This document shows positions 38,908 through 49,740 of a DNA stretch of 64,000 bases, one piece after another. This DNA is from Mycobacterium sp. (GTDB lineage: Bacteria > Actinomycetota > Actinomycetes > Mycobacteriales > Mycobacteriaceae): positions 16,037 to 80,036 of the forward strand of contig JAOPWC010000127.1 in the NCBI GenBank assembly GCA_025965895.1, written 5' to 3'. Each line of letters begins with the position of its first letter. Position 1 is the stretch's first letter. A program made the translations under genes and the position numbers. The notes under the pieces were generated by a model. That model did not search any database. It was not told the DNA's origin and was given only the letters and a program-made list of their open reading frames with translations.

Positions 38908-39482
38908 GCGAAGAGCCAACCGCTGCACAGAATGGCGACGACCGCACTATCGCCGACCGCGGCGTGGGCGAGCCCGACCACCTGCAGCGGCTGTGGACCC
39001 CGTACCGGATGAACTACATCACCGAGGCGCCGATGATGCGCGACCCGTCGTCGCCGTCGCAGCCGTTCACCGACATCCCGACACTGTCGGACGAGGACGG
39101 CCTCGTCGTCGCCCGCGGCGAACACGTCTACGTCGTGCTCAACCTCTATCCCTACAACCCGGGCCACCTGATGGTCGTGCCGTATCGCCGGGTAGCGGAG
39201 TTGGAGGATCTCAGCGAGGGCGAAAGTGCTGAGTTGATGAGATTCATGCAGAAGGCGATCCGCGTGATCAAGGCGGTGTCGCGGCCGATGGGCTTCAATG
39301 TCGGAGTGAATCTGGGCAAGGTGTCCGGCGGGTCGCTGGCCGAACACCTGCACATGCACGTGGTGCCGCGCTGGATCGGCGACGCGAACTTCATCACGAT
39401 CATTGGCGGCTCGAAAATCATCCCGCAGTTGCTGCGCGAGACCCGGCATTTGCTCGCGACGGAATGGGCCAGGCAGCCGTGA
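38904..39482 (+). CDS. HIT-family nucleotide phosphorylase/hydrolase (Rv2613c-like)
   Basis: GTGA overlap with thrS. HIT motif [10 protein letters not shown]. Confidence 0.9.
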   Translation: MSEEPTAAQNGDDRTIADRGVGEPDHLQRLWTPYRMNYITEAPMMRDPSSPSQPFTDIPTLSDEDGLVVARGEHVYVVLNLYPYNPGHLMVVPYRRVAELEDLSEGESAELMRFMQKAIRVIKAVSRPMGFNVGVNLGKVSGGSLAEHLHMHVVPRWIGDANFITIIGGSKIIPQLLRETRHLLATEWARQP

Positions 39483-40141
39483 GCAACTTCTACCTGCTGT
39501 CTCGTGCCGCGTACGTCAAGCTCAGCACGCCGGCCGCCAAGGCGGCGCTACGGGCGGGACTTACGCCGGACAGCGTCACGATCATCGGCACCGCCGCCGC
39601 GGTGATCGGTGCGCTGACGCTGTTCCCCATCGGCCGGCTGTTCTGGGGCACGCTGGTGGTCTCGTTCTTCGTGCTGGCCGACATGCTCGACGGCGCGATG
39701 GCACGCGTCAAAGGTGGCGGCACCAGGTTCGGCACCGTGCTCGACGCGACGTGCGACCGGATCAGCGACGGCGCGGTGTTCGCCGGGCTGCTGTGGTGGG
39801 CGGGTTTCGGTCTCCAGAGTGCCGAGCTGGTGGTCGCTACGCTGATCTGCCTGGTCACCTCGCAGGTGATTTCCTACATAAAGGCACGGGCGGAGGCCAG
39901 CGGCCTGCGCGGCGGTGGTGGGATCATCGAGCGCCCGGAGCGACTCGTCATCGTGCTGGTCGGCGCGGGACTGTCCGACCTGCCGTTTTTCCCGCTGCCC
40001 TGGGCGCTGCACATCGCGATGTGGTTGCTGGCGGTGCTGAGCCTCGTCACCCTGGGGCAGCGGTTGCACACCGTCCGGACGTCGCCGGGTGCGATGGAGA
40101 AAATGGAGCAGCCCGAGAAGCCGGAGACGAGCCAGCCGTGA
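39464..40141 (+). CDS. pgsA: Phosphatidylinositol-phosphate synthase (CDP-alcohol phosphatidyltransferase)
   Basis: DMLDGAMAR...GTVLDATCDRISD. Alternative GTG start at 39479 overlaps the HIT stop. Confidence 0.9.
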   Translation: MGQAAVSNFYLLSRAAYVKLSTPAAKAALRAGLTPDSVTIIGTAAAVIGALTLFPIGRLFWGTLVVSFFVLADMLDGAMARVKGGGTRFGTVLDATCDRISDGAVFAGLLWWAGFGLQSAELVVATLICLVTSQVISYIKARAEASGLRGGGGIIERPERLVIVLVGAGLSDLPFFPLPWALHIAMWLLAVLSLVTLGQRLHTVRTSPGAMEKMEQPEKPETSQP

Positions 40142-41130
40142 TCAATGCCTCCGCGTCGCCCCGGCGGCCCCGCAGCAGCCGCGCCGCGCTTGGACAGCAT
40201 CTCACGGACTGGGGCTTCGCAGCAGGCTGGCTGATGGTGCGTGCGATGCCCGATGTACTGGCACGCAACGCTTTCGATGTCGGCGCACGCTTTGCCGCGC
40301 GTGACGGGGGACCAGGACAATTACGCAAGAACCTGGCCCGCGTCGTGGGCGTCGCACCCGAGCACGTGCCCGACGCGTTGATGCGCGCGTCGTTGGCGTC
40401 CTACGCCCGCTACTGGCGCGAGGCGTTCCGGCTCCCGTCAATGGACCAGACGCAGCTCAGGGTGCGCCTCAAAGACTGCCTGCGGGGCCGCGAGCACATC
40501 GACGCCGCCCTGGCGGCCGGCCGCGGTGCGGTGCTGGCGCTGCCGCACAGCGGCAACTGGGACATGGCCGGGGTGTCGCTGGTCCAGCATTACGGCAGGT
40601 TCACCACCGTGGCCGAACGGCTCGAGCCTGAGTCGCTGTACCGTCGCTTTCTCGACTACCGGGAAACCCTGGGATTTGAGGTATTGCCGTTGTCGAAAGG
40701 AGCGCGCCCGGCATACGAGGTGCTGGCCGAGCGGTTGCGGGCCAATCGGCTGGTCTGCCTGATGGCCGAGCGCGACCTCACCCGCAGCGGGGTGCAGGTT
40801 CAGTTTTTCGGGGAACCCACACGGATGCCTGCCGGATCCGCGCGCCTGGCCATCGACACAGGCGCCGCGCTGCTGCCTTCGCACTGCTGGAACCAGCCCG
40901 ATGACTGGGTGGTCGACATCCGCCCGCCGCTGGACACCAGCTCAGGTGACGTCGGCATCGTCACCCAGGCGCTGGCCGACCAGTTCGCGCACGATATCGC
41001 CGCCCACCCCGCTGACTGGCACATGCTGCAGCCGCAGTGGCTCGCCGATCTGTCCGCCGAACGCCGGGCCCGCCTTGCCCCGGGGGTGGTCGGGGAGCGA
41101 CCGGCGGCCAGTCCGGGAGACAATCCCTAA
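40138..41130 (+). CDS. patA: Phosphatidylinositol mannoside acyltransferase (LpxL/HtrB-type)
   Basis: GTGA overlap with pgsA. LPHSGNWDMAG. The 575-aa track ORF is an out-of-context N-terminal extension. Confidence 0.85.
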   Translation: MINASASPRRPRSSRAALGQHLTDWGFAAGWLMVRAMPDVLARNAFDVGARFAARDGGPGQLRKNLARVVGVAPEHVPDALMRASLASYARYWREAFRLPSMDQTQLRVRLKDCLRGREHIDAALAAGRGAVLALPHSGNWDMAGVSLVQHYGRFTTVAERLEPESLYRRFLDYRETLGFEVLPLSKGARPAYEVLAERLRANRLVCLMAERDLTRSGVQVQFFGEPTRMPAGSARLAIDTGAALLPSHCWNQPDDWVVDIRPPLDTSSGDVGIVTQALADQFAHDIAAHPADWHMLQPQWLADLSAERRARLAPGVVGERPAASPGDNP

Positions 41131-42255
41131 ATGCGCATCGGGATGGTGTGCCCCTACTCGTTCGACGTACCCGGTGGCGTCCAGTCACACGTGCTGCAGT
41201 TGGCGGAGGTGATGCGCGGGCGCCACCACGACGTCAGCGTGCTGGCACCGTCGTCGCCGCACGTCGACCTGCCGGACTACGTCGTCTCCGGGGGTAAGGC
41301 CGTGCCGATCCCGTACAACGGGTCCGTCGCGCGGCTGCGGTTCGGCCCGGCCACGCACCGCAAGGTCAAGCGCTGGCTGGCGGACGGCAACTTCGACGTG
41401 CTGCATCTGCACGAGCCCAACGCGCCCAGCTTGTCGATGCTCGCGCTGATGATCGCCGAGGGCCCGATCGTCGCGACGTTTCACACCTCGACCACCAAGT
41501 CGCTGACGCTGTCGGTGTTCCAGGGCATTCTTCGGCCCTGGCACGAGAAGATCGTCGGGCGCATCGCGGTGTCGGACCTGGCCCGGCGCTGGCAGATGGA
41601 GGCCCTGGGGTCGGATGCGGTCGAGATCCCCAACGGCGTCGGCGTCGCGTCGTTTGCGCACGCGCCGCTGCTGGATGGCTATCCGCGGTCCGGCAAGACC
41701 GTGCTGTTCCTCGGCCGGTTCGGCGAACCCCGCAAAGGCATGGCGGTGCTGCTGCGGGCGCTGCCCGCGCTGGTCGAGCGGTTCCCGGACCTGCAGCTGC
41801 TGATCGTGGGCCGTGGTGACGCCGACGAGTTGCGCGAAGAGGCCGGGGCGCTGGCCGCTCACCTGCGTTTCCTCGGCCAGGTCGACGACGCGGAGAAAGC
41901 GTCGGCGTTGCGCAGCGCCGACGTGTACTGCGCGCCCAACACCGGCGGTGAGAGCTTCGGCATCGTCCTCGTCGAGGCGATGGCCGCCTGCACGCCGGTC
42001 GTGGCCGGCGACCTCGACGCGTTCCGCCGCGTCCTGCTCGACGGTGAGGCCGGCCGCCTGGTGGCGGTCGATAACGCTCAAGCGTTCGCCGAGGGGATCA
42101 CCGAGGTGCTCGAGGACGACGAGTTGAGGTCGCGCTACGTCCGGGCAGCCAATGCCGCAGTGCGCCGGTACGACTGGTCGGTGGTGGCCCAGCAGATCAT
42201 GCGGGTGTACGAGACGGTCGCAGGCACGGGCGCGAAGGTGCAGGTGGCCAGTTGA
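41131..42255 (+). CDS. pimA: GDP-mannose-dependent phosphatidylinositol alpha-mannosyltransferase
   Basis: GT4: MRIGMVCPYSFDVPGGVQSHV...ESFGIVLVEAMA. Confidence 0.93.
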   Translation: MRIGMVCPYSFDVPGGVQSHVLQLAEVMRGRHHDVSVLAPSSPHVDLPDYVVSGGKAVPIPYNGSVARLRFGPATHRKVKRWLADGNFDVLHLHEPNAPSLSMLALMIAEGPIVATFHTSTTKSLTLSVFQGILRPWHEKIVGRIAVSDLARRWQMEALGSDAVEIPNGVGVASFAHAPLLDGYPRSGKTVLFLGRFGEPRKGMAVLLRALPALVERFPDLQLLIVGRGDADELREEAGALAAHLRFLGQVDDAEKASALRSADVYCAPNTGGESFGIVLVEAMAACTPVVAGDLDAFRRVLLDGEAGRLVAVDNAQAFAEGITEVLEDDELRSRYVRAANAAVRRYDWSVVAQQIMRVYETVAGTGAKVQVAS

Positions 42256-43286
42256 TCACCTGGGCGGCGATCCTCCTTGCGGTGGTCGTCGTCGCGCTCG
42301 TCGCGATCGCGGCGTGGGCCTACCAGACGGCCACCAGGCTGGACCGGCTGCACGTCCGCTACGACTTGTCCTGGCAGGCGCTGGACGCCGCACTGGCCCG
42401 TCGCGCGGTGGTCACCCGCACGGTGGCCGCCGACGCCAACGGCGACACCACGAAGTCCAAGCGACTGGTGGCATTGGCCGACGCCGCCGAGCGGGCGCCG
42501 CGGACCTCCCGCGAAACCGTCGAGAACGAACTGTCGGCCGAACTCGCGACGGTCGACACTACTGCGCTTCGCCCCGCGCTGATCGCCGAGCTGGCCGATG
42601 CCGAGGCGCGGGTGCTGCTGGCACGCCGCTTTCACAACGACGCGGTCCGCGACACGCTCGCGCTGCGGGAGCGGCGTCCGGTGCGTTGGCTGCGGCTGGG
42701 CGGCACCGCCCCGCTGCCAACCTATTTCGAGATCGCGGAGCGGGCCGAGTCGGCCCTTGCCACCGATTCGGGGGTGGTGAACGTCCGCACCTCGGCGCGC
42801 ATCGTGTTGCTGGACGACGACGGCTGCGTGTTGCTGTTCTGCGGCTCGGATCCGGCGGTCGTCAACGGCGACGCGCCGAAGTGGTGGTTCACCGTTGGCG
42901 GTCAGGCCCGCGACGGGGAGACGCTCGCCGAGGCGGCCGCCCGTGAACTCCTCGAGGAGACCGGCTTACGGGCCGGGCCCGGGGCGATGATCGGGCCGGT
43001 CTGGCAACGCGACGCGATCATCGACTTCAACAACTCGGTGATCCGCAGCCGCGAACTCTTCTTCGTGTACCGCACCCGTCGCTTCGAGCCGTCGACCGCC
43101 GGCCACACCGCGCTGGAGCGCCGTTACCTCCATGGCCACCGGTGGTGCGACGCCGACGACATCGCCGCGCTCGTCGCCGCCGGCGAGGCGGTCTACCCGC
43201 TGCAGCTGGCCGAGTTGCTGGCCGAAGCCAACGCGCTGGCCGACGCTGCGGTCAAAATGCCACGAGAACCCCAGCCCATCCGCTGA
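42252..43286 (+). CDS. Membrane-anchored NUDIX hydrolase (Rv2609c-like)
   Basis: TTGA overlap with pimA. N-terminal TM. Nudix box GGQARDGETLAEAAARELLEETG. Confidence 0.8.
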   Translation: MITWAAILLAVVVVALVAIAAWAYQTATRLDRLHVRYDLSWQALDAALARRAVVTRTVAADANGDTTKSKRLVALADAAERAPRTSRETVENELSAELATVDTTALRPALIAELADAEARVLLARRFHNDAVRDTLALRERRPVRWLRLGGTAPLPTYFEIAERAESALATDSGVVNVRTSARIVLLDDDGCVLLFCGSDPAVVNGDAPKWWFTVGGQARDGETLAEAAARELLEETGLRAGPGAMIGPVWQRDAIIDFNNSVIRSRELFFVYRTRRFEPSTAGHTALERRYLHGHRWCDADDIAALVAAGEAVYPLQLAELLAEANALADAAVKMPREPQPIR

Positions 43287-43361
43287 ATCACGACCAAAAC
43301 CCGCTTGGTAGCCACCACTAGACTAAAGCGGTACCGGGCGTTACCTAGGAAAGAGGCAACT

Positions 43362-44273
43362 GTGGACACCGCGGCTCATTCGAACGGGTCGGGGCAGACC
43401 GGAACCGCGCGGGTCAAGCGCGGAATGGCCGAGATGCTCAAGGGCGGCGTGATCATGGACGTCGTCACGCCCGAGCAGGCCCGCATCGCCGAGGGCGCGG
43501 GCGCCGTCGCGGTGATGGCGCTCGAACGGGTGCCCGCCGACATCCGGGCCCAGGGCGGCGTCTCGCGCATGAGCGATCCCGACGTGATCGAGGGCATCAT
43601 TTCCGCGGTCACCATCCCGGTGATGGCTAAGGCGCGGATCGGGCACTTCGTCGAGGCGCAGATCTTGCAGAGCCTCGGCGTGGACTACGTCGACGAATCT
43701 GAGGTCCTGACGCCCGCGGACTACGCCCACCACATCGACAAGTGGAAGTTCACCGTGCCGTTCGTGTGTGGGGCCACGAATCTCGGCGAGGCGCTGCGCC
43801 GCATCAGCGAGGGCGCGGCGATGATCCGGTCCAAAGGCGAAGCCGGCACCGGTGACGTGTCCAACGCCACCACGCACATGCGGGCGATCGGCGGCGAGAT
43901 CCGGCGCCTGACCTCGTTGCGCGACGACGAACTTTTCGTCGCCGCCAAGGAGCTGCAGGCGCCTCATGAACTGGTGGGGGAGGTGGCGCGGGCCGGCAAG
44001 CTGCCCGTGACGCTGTTCACCGCCGGCGGCATCGCGACCCCGGCCGACGCCGCGATGATGATGCAGCTCGGCGCCGAGGGCGTGTTCGTCGGATCCGGCA
44101 TCTTCAAGTCGGGGGACCCGGCTCAGCGGGCTGCGGCGATCGTCAAGGCGACGACGTTCTACGACGATCCCGACGTGCTGGCGCGGGTGTCCCGCGGGCT
44201 GGGCGAGCCGATGGTGGGGATCAACGTGGAGGAGATCGCGGCCCCACACCGGCTGGCCGAACGCGGCTGGTAG
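43362..44273 (+). CDS. pdxS: Pyridoxal 5'-phosphate synthase lyase subunit
   Basis: GTG after [23 protein letters not shown]...[11 protein letters not shown]. Confidence 0.95.
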   Translation: MDTAAHSNGSGQTGTARVKRGMAEMLKGGVIMDVVTPEQARIAEGAGAVAVMALERVPADIRAQGGVSRMSDPDVIEGIISAVTIPVMAKARIGHFVEAQILQSLGVDYVDESEVLTPADYAHHIDKWKFTVPFVCGATNLGEALRRISEGAAMIRSKGEAGTGDVSNATTHMRAIGGEIRRLTSLRDDELFVAAKELQAPHELVGEVARAGKLPVTLFTAGGIATPADAAMMMQLGAEGVFVGSGIFKSGDPAQRAAAIVKATTFYDDPDVLARVSRGLGEPMVGINVEEIAAPHRLAERGW

Positions 44274-44282
44274 ATATTCCGG

Positions 44283-45131
44283 ATGGCAATCGAGGAGATC
44301 CTTGATCTCGAACAGCTCGAGATCAACATCTTTCGCGGCAGCGTCGCCAGCACCGGACCGGGTATCCGCAACCGGACGTTCGGCGGCCACGTCGCCGGCC
44401 AGTCGCTGGTGTCGGCGGTGCGGACCGTTGACGACCGCTACCAGGTGCACTCGCTGCATGGCTATTTCCTGCGGCCCGGCGACCCGCAGAAGCGCACGGT
44501 CTTTCTCGTCGAGCACGTGCGGGACGGCAGCTCGTTCTGCACCCGGCGGGTCAACGCGATCCAGCGCGGCGAGACGATCTTTTCGATGTCGGCGTCGTTC
44601 CAGACTGAGCAGCGCGGCATCGAGCATCAGGACGAGATGCCGGCGGCTCCCACACCCGAGGAACTGCCCGAAGTTCGGTCCACGCACTATCTCGACAGCG
44701 ACGTATTCCGCCAGTTCCAGGAATGGGATCTGCGGATCGTTCCCCGTGACCGGTTGGAGCTGACCCCGGGAACGGCCTCGCAGCAGCGGGTGTGGTTCCG
44801 GCACCGCGATCCGTTGCCCGACGACAGGGTCCTGCACATCTGCGCGCTGGCCTACATGAGTGACCTGACCCTGCTGGGCTCGGCGCAGGTGATTCACAAA
44901 ACCGTCCGTGAGCACCTGCAGGTGGCGTCGCTGGATCACGCGTTGTGGTTCCTGCGGCCGTTCCGCGCCGACCAGTGGCTGCTCTACGACCAGTCCTCGC
45001 CGTCGGCAAGCGGCGGACGAGCGCTCACGCAGGGCAAGATCTTCGACCGCAACGGGCGCATGGTCGCCGCGGTCGTCCAGGAAGGGCTGACCCGCTACCC
45101 GGGCGATTACACACCGCCGGCCGCCGGGTGA
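44283..45131 (+). CDS. tesB: Acyl-CoA thioesterase II
   Basis: Double hot-dog. [13 protein letters not shown]...[12 protein letters not shown]. Confidence 0.9.
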   Translation: MAIEEILDLEQLEINIFRGSVASTGPGIRNRTFGGHVAGQSLVSAVRTVDDRYQVHSLHGYFLRPGDPQKRTVFLVEHVRDGSSFCTRRVNAIQRGETIFSMSASFQTEQRGIEHQDEMPAAPTPEELPEVRSTHYLDSDVFRQFQEWDLRIVPRDRLELTPGTASQQRVWFRHRDPLPDDRVLHICALAYMSDLTLLGSAQVIHKTVREHLQVASLDHALWFLRPFRADQWLLYDQSSPSASGGRALTQGKIFDRNGRMVAAVVQEGLTRYPGDYTPPAAG

Positions 45132-45724
45132 GCGCGCCGCGGGTCGGCGTACTGGCCCTGCAGGGCGACACCCGCGAACACCTGGCGGCGTTGCGCGAGG
45201 CCGGGGCCGAGGCGACGACAGTGCGCCGCCGGGGCGAGCTGGACGCGATCGATGCGCTCGTGATTCCCGGCGGGGAGTCGACGACGATGAGCCACCTTCT
45301 GCGTGAGTTCGAGGTACTCGAGCCGCTCCGGGCGCGGGTGTCCGAAGGGCTGCCGGTCTACGGTTCGTGCGCGGGGATGATTCTGCTGGCCACCGACATC
45401 GTCGACGCCGGCGCCGAGGGACGCCAGGCACTGCCGTTGCGGGGCATCGATATGACCGTGCGCCGCAATGCATTCGGGCGCCAGGTGGATTCGTTTGAAG
45501 GTGACATCGCGTTCGAGGGCCTGGACTCACCCGTGCATGCGGTGTTCATCAGGGCACCGTGGGTCGAACGTGTGGGGGAGGGCGTGCAGGTGCTCGCGCG
45601 GGCGGCGGACCATGTGGTGGCCGTGCGGCAGGGTCCGATGCTGGCCACCGCGTTTCACCCGGAGATCACCGGCGATCGCCGGGTGCATCGGCTGTTCGTG
45701 GACATCGTCAGGGGCCGGGCCTGA
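45128..45724 (+). CDS. pdxT: Pyridoxal 5'-phosphate synthase glutaminase subunit
   Basis: GTGA overlap with tesB. GGESTT, SCAGMI, FHPE. Confidence 0.93.
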   Translation: MSAPRVGVLALQGDTREHLAALREAGAEATTVRRRGELDAIDALVIPGGESTTMSHLLREFEVLEPLRARVSEGLPVYGSCAGMILLATDIVDAGAEGRQALPLRGIDMTVRRNAFGRQVDSFEGDIAFEGLDSPVHAVFIRAPWVERVGEGVQVLARAADHVVAVRQGPMLATAFHPEITGDRRVHRLFVDIVRGRA

Positions 45725-45789
45725 ATGATGGCGGGGTCACCTCCGGATTTGGGCGAAGTAATCCGCGACGCGGGTCGGGTCATCGAGTT

Positions 45790-45944
45790 CTGGACCGGCT
45801 GGTGCGCAGCGGGCTGATCGCCTCGCAGTTGATGGGTTTGGCGATGATGCGCCACCTCTAAAAGATTGAGCCGGTCGCGTCGATGAGCACGACGAGGTGT
45901 TCGCCGCGATCTCGCCGTCCGTGCAGCGCTACATCGGCACGTAG
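45790..45944 (+). pseudogene. C-terminal remnant of a TetR-family regulator (in-frame TAA plus frameshift)
   Basis: LVRSGLIASQLMGLAMMRHL-TAA-KIEPVASMS, then a +1 shift to DEVFAAISPSVQRYIGT-stop. No N-terminal HTH is present upstream. Confidence 0.4.
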
Positions 45945-45987
45945 ACTCGTCAGGTTGAGACTTGAGGTTGAAAAGAGGTAGCGCCTG

Positions 45988-46743
45988 ATGAGCGGCCATT
46001 CCAAGTGGGCCACCACCAAGCACAAGAAGGCCGTCGTCGACGCCCGCCGCGGCAAGATGTTCGCCCGGCTGATCAAGAACATCGAGGTGGCCGCGCGCGT
46101 GGGGGGCGGCGACCCGGCCGGCAATCCCACCCTGTACGACGCCATCCAGAAAGCCAAGAAGAGCTCGGTGCCCAACGAGAACATCGAGCGGGCCCGCAAA
46201 CGCGGCGCAGGTGAGGAGGCCGGCGGCGCCGACTGGCAGACCATCACCTACGAGGGCTACGGCCCCAGCGGCGTGGCGGTCCTCGTCGAGTGCCTCACCG
46301 ACAACCGCAACCGGGCCGCCGGCGAGGTTCGGGTGGCGATGACCCGCAACGGCGCCAGCATGGCCGATCCCGGCTCGGTGGCGTACCTGTTCTCGCGTAA
46401 GGGCGTGGTCACCTTGGAGAAGGACGGACTCACCGAGGATGACGTGCTCGCCGCGGTCCTCGACGCCGGCGCCGAAGACGTCAACGACCTCGGCGACAGC
46501 TTCGAGGTCATCTCGGAGCCCTCCGATTTGATCGCCGTACGCAGCGCTCTGCAGGACGCCGGCATCGACTACGAATCGGCTGAAGCCGGTTTCCAGCCGT
46601 CGGTGATGGTGCCGGTGGCCGCGGACGCCGCCCGCAAGGTGCTCAGGCTCGTCGACGCGCTCGAGGACAGCGACGACGTGCAGGACGTCTACACCAACGC
46701 CGACATCCCCGACGAGGTGCTGGCCGAACTCGACCACGAGTAG
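45988..46743 (+). CDS. YebC/PmpR-family transcriptional regulator
   Basis: [37 protein letters not shown]. Confidence 0.95.
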   Translation: MSGHSKWATTKHKKAVVDARRGKMFARLIKNIEVAARVGGGDPAGNPTLYDAIQKAKKSSVPNENIERARKRGAGEEAGGADWQTITYEGYGPSGVAVLVECLTDNRNRAAGEVRVAMTRNGASMADPGSVAYLFSRKGVVTLEKDGLTEDDVLAAVLDAGAEDVNDLGDSFEVISEPSDLIAVRSALQDAGIDYESAEAGFQPSVMVPVAADAARKVLRLVDALEDSDDVQDVYTNADIPDEVLAELDHE

Positions 46744-46808
46744 GTTCCGCGCAGTCGTGCCGTCGCAGCGTGTCCTGCCCGTTGATGTCGCGGAAGGCAG
46801 CTAGGCTC

Positions 46809-46824
46809 TCGAACGATTGTTCGG
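46809..46824. promoter_or_regulatory. LexA (SOS/Cheo) box TCGAAC-GATT-GTTCGG upstream of ruvC
   Basis: Matches the mycobacterial TCGAAC-N4-GTTCGA at 15/16 positions, 13 nt before the ruvC start. Confidence 0.65.
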
Positions 46825-46836
46825 GAAGGGGCTGGC

Positions 46837-47403
46837 GTGCGGGTGATGGGAGTCGACCCCGGCCTGACTCGCTGCGGATTGTCCGTGATCGAGAGCGGGC
46901 GCGGCCGGCAGGTGATCGCGCTCGACGTCGACGTGGTCCGCACGCCCAGCGATCAACCGCTGCACCGGCGGCTGCTGGCGATCAGCGACGCCGTCGAATA
47001 CTGGATGGACACCCACCGGCCCGACGTCATCGCGATCGAGCGGGTGTTCTCCCAGCAGAACGTGTCGACGGTGATGGGCACCGCGCAGGCCGGTGGAGTG
47101 ATCGCGCTCGCGGCCGCACGCCGCGACATCGACGTGCACTTCCACACGCCGAGCGAGGTGAAGGCCGCCGTCACCGGCAGCGGCGGCGCGAACAAAGCCC
47201 AAGTTACCGCGATGGTCACCAGAATACTTGCGCTGCAGGCCAAGCCGACGCCCGCAGATGCCGCTGATGCGCTCGCCCTGGCGATCTGCCACTGCTGGCG
47301 GGCGCCTATGCTGGCCCGGATGGCCGAAGCCGAGGCAATGGGCGCCGCGCAGCGCCGCAAGTTCGCCGCCCGGATATCGGCCGCCGGCAAGGCCGCCAGA
47401 TGA
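46837..47403 (+). CDS. ruvC: Holliday junction resolvase
   Basis: [14 protein letters not shown]...AIERVF...[12 protein letters not shown]. Confidence 0.95.
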   Translation: MRVMGVDPGLTRCGLSVIESGRGRQVIALDVDVVRTPSDQPLHRRLLAISDAVEYWMDTHRPDVIAIERVFSQQNVSTVMGTAQAGGVIALAAARRDIDVHFHTPSEVKAAVTGSGGANKAQVTAMVTRILALQAKPTPADAADALALAICHCWRAPMLARMAEAEAMGAAQRRKFAARISAAGKAAR

Positions 47404-47993
47404 TCGCCTCCGTGCACGGCGAGGTGCTCGACGTCGCCCTCGACCACGTCGTGATCGAGGCGGCCGGTGTCGGATACCGGGTCAACGCCACCCCCTCGAC
47501 GCTGGCCGCGCTGCGCCGCGGCGAACAGGCCCGGCTCATCACGGCGATGGTGGTGCGGGAAGACTCGATGACGTTGTACGGCTTCGCCGACGCCGACGCG
47601 CGCGACCTGTTTCAGGTGCTGCTGACGGTGTCGGGTGTGGGACCGCGCACCGCGATGGCGACGCTGGCCGTCCACGACGCGTCGGCCCTGCGACAGGTGC
47701 TCGCCGACGGCGATGTGACCGCGCTGACTCGGGTGCCGGGCATTGGCAAGAGGGGCGCCGAGCGGCTGGTGCTGGAACTGCGCGACAAGGTCGGGGCAGC
47801 CGCGCCGTCAGCCGTGGGAGTGGCGCTGGGCACCCACGCAGTGCGCGCCCCGGTAGTGGAAGCGCTTGTGGGGCTTGGCTTTCCGGTCAAACATGCCGAG
47901 GAGGCCACCGACAAGGTGCTGGCCGGCGATCAATCGGCGACAACCAGCGGCGCGTTGCGGGCGGCGCTGTCTGTGCTGGGGAACTCGAAATGA
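47400..47993 (+). CDS. ruvA: Holliday junction branch migration protein RuvA
   Basis: ATGA overlap. [10 protein letters not shown]...GVGYRV...[12 protein letters not shown]. Confidence 0.95.
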   Translation: MIASVHGEVLDVALDHVVIEAAGVGYRVNATPSTLAALRRGEQARLITAMVVREDSMTLYGFADADARDLFQVLLTVSGVGPRTAMATLAVHDASALRQVLADGDVTALTRVPGIGKRGAERLVLELRDKVGAAAPSAVGVALGTHAVRAPVVEALVGLGFPVKHAEEATDKVLAGDQSATTSGALRAALSVLGNSK

Positions 47994-49048
47994 GCAGATT
48001 CGAACCCGAAGATCCCGAGGAGCGGGAGGTATCGGCGGCGCTGACCGTCGGCGAGGGCGACGTCGACGCCAGCCTGCGGCCCCGTTCGCTGCACGAGTTC
48101 ATCGGCCAGCCGCGGGTGCGGGAGCAGCTGCAACTGGTGATCGAGGGTGCCAAGAACCGGGGCAGCACGCCGGATCACATTCTGTTGTCGGGCCCACCGG
48201 GCCTGGGCAAGACGTCGCTGGCGATGATCATCGCCGCCGAACTCGGCAGCGCACTGCGGGTCACGTCCGGACCGGCGCTGGAACGGGCCGGGGACCTGGC
48301 CGCGATGCTCTCCAACCTCGTCGAGCACGACGTGCTGTTCATCGACGAGATCCACCGCATCGCGCGGCCGGCCGAGGAAATGCTGTATCTGGCGATGGAA
48401 GACTTCCGCGTCGACGTCGTCGTCGGGAAAGGCCCTGGCGCCACGTCGATTCCGCTCGAGGTGGCGCCCTTCACGCTCGTCGGGGCCACCACCCGCTCTG
48501 GCGCGCTGACCGGTCCGCTGCGTGACCGGTTCGGCTTCACCGCGCACATGGACTTCTACGAGCCGGCCGAACTGGAGCGGGTGCTGGTCCGGTCGGCGGG
48601 AATCCTCGGCCTCGAGCTCGGAGCCGAAGCCGGCGCCGAAATCGCGCGCCGCTCCCGTGGCACACCGCGGATCGCGAACCGGCTGCTCCGGCGCGTCCGT
48701 GACTACGCCGAGGTGCGCGCCGACGGCGTGATCACCCGCGATGTCGCCAAGGCCGCACTCGCGGTCTACGACGTCGACGAACTCGGCCTCGACCGGCTGG
48801 ATCGGGCGGTTCTGACGGCGCTGACCCGCAGCTTCGGCGGCGGCCCGGTCGGCGTGTCGACGCTGGCCGTCGCGGTCGGGGAGGAGGCCGCCACCGTCGA
48901 GGAGGTGTGCGAGCCGTTTTTGGTCCGCGCCGGGATGATTGCCCGCACGCCGCGAGGTCGGGTGGCCACCCCGCTGGCGTGGACCCACCTCGGGATGACG
49001 CCGCCGGCCGGTGCCGGTGGATTCGGCCAACCGGGGCTTTTCGAATAG
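47990..49048 (+). CDS. ruvB: Holliday junction branch migration ATPase RuvB
   Basis: ATGA overlap. [12 protein letters not shown], Walker [14 protein letters not shown]. Confidence 0.96.
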   Translation: MSRFEPEDPEEREVSAALTVGEGDVDASLRPRSLHEFIGQPRVREQLQLVIEGAKNRGSTPDHILLSGPPGLGKTSLAMIIAAELGSALRVTSGPALERAGDLAAMLSNLVEHDVLFIDEIHRIARPAEEMLYLAMEDFRVDVVVGKGPGATSIPLEVAPFTLVGATTRSGALTGPLRDRFGFTAHMDFYEPAELERVLVRSAGILGLELGAEAGAEIARRSRGTPRIANRLLRRVRDYAEVRADGVITRDVAKAALAVYDVDELGLDRLDRAVLTALTRSFGGGPVGVSTLAVAVGEEAATVEEVCEPFLVRAGMIARTPRGRVATPLAWTHLGMTPPAGAGGFGQPGLFE

Positions 49049-49285
49049 CGCCGTCGTTCGTCGCCGCCATGATTCTCGCGGCATCCGTGTTGATCTGGCG
49101 TACCGGCGCACTGCCCAGGTGGACCAGCTTGGGCGCCGTTCTGGGGGTGCTGCCGCTGGCGCACACCCGGATAGGGTTGCCGGGGCGGTGGGGTTGGTGA
49201 TGATGATTACGCCCGGCGGGCCCGCCCCGGCGGAGCAGAGCAGCGTCGACACCGATGGCGCTCCGGGAATCCTGAAGGGACAACG

Positions 49286-49672
49286 ATGATCGTCGCGGGT
49301 TTGATCGCTGCCGGCCTCGCCGCCGTCGTGCACCTCTACATCTTCGTCCTGGAGTCGTTGCGATGGACCGCCCCGCGTACCCGGGCGATCTTCGGAACCA
49401 GCGAGCAGGAGGCGGCCACCACCAAGTTGCTCGCGTTCAACCAGGGCTTCTACAACCTCTTTTTGGCCATCATCACTGCGGTCGGCATCATCGCCGTCGC
49501 GATCGGCTGGACGGCCGTCGGCGCCGCGCTGGTCTTCGCCGGCACCGGGGCCATGGCGCTGGCGGCATTGGTGTTGGTGTTGTCCTCGCTGGACAAGGCC
49601 CGCGCGGCTGCCACCCAGGGCACGTTTCCGCTGCTCGCGGTGGTGTTGCTCGCGATCGGGCTTGCGCTGTAG
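49286..49672 (+). CDS. DUF1304-family membrane protein
   Basis: VHLYIFVLESLRW...LAFNQGFYNLFLA. Confidence 0.75.
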   Translation: MIVAGLIAAGLAAVVHLYIFVLESLRWTAPRTRAIFGTSEQEAATTKLLAFNQGFYNLFLAIITAVGIIAVAIGWTAVGAALVFAGTGAMALAALVLVLSSLDKARAAATQGTFPLLAVVLLAIGLAL

Positions 49673-49740
49673 CGCGGCGTTGCCGCAGGTTTATCGCTTC
49701 GCAGAACCCGGGTACTCGTCCACGTCACTAAGGAGGCGTC

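Noticed and set aside
39403-40137. N-terminal extension of the 575-aa ORF (39403-41130)
   Set aside because: It overlaps HIT and pgsA in a different frame with Arg/Gly/Ala-rich composition. The real acyltransferase starts at the GTG at 40138, coupled to the pgsA stop.
43341-45530. 729-aa minus-strand ORF
   Set aside because: It is antisense to pdxS, tesB and pdxT, all of which have unambiguous motifs. Its Arg/Pro/Gly-rich composition is typical of open antisense frames in high-GC DNA.
47228-47989. N-terminal extension of the 606-aa ORF containing ruvB
   Set aside because: It overlaps ruvC and ruvA out of frame. The ruvB ATG at 47990 overlaps the ruvA stop, as expected.
49050-49200. Short ORF tail resembling the C-terminus of a membrane protein (MILAASVLIWRTGALPRWTSLGAVLGVLPLA)
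   Set aside because: Only about 45 codons and no SD. It may be another gene remnant, but it is too short to support without a database comparison.
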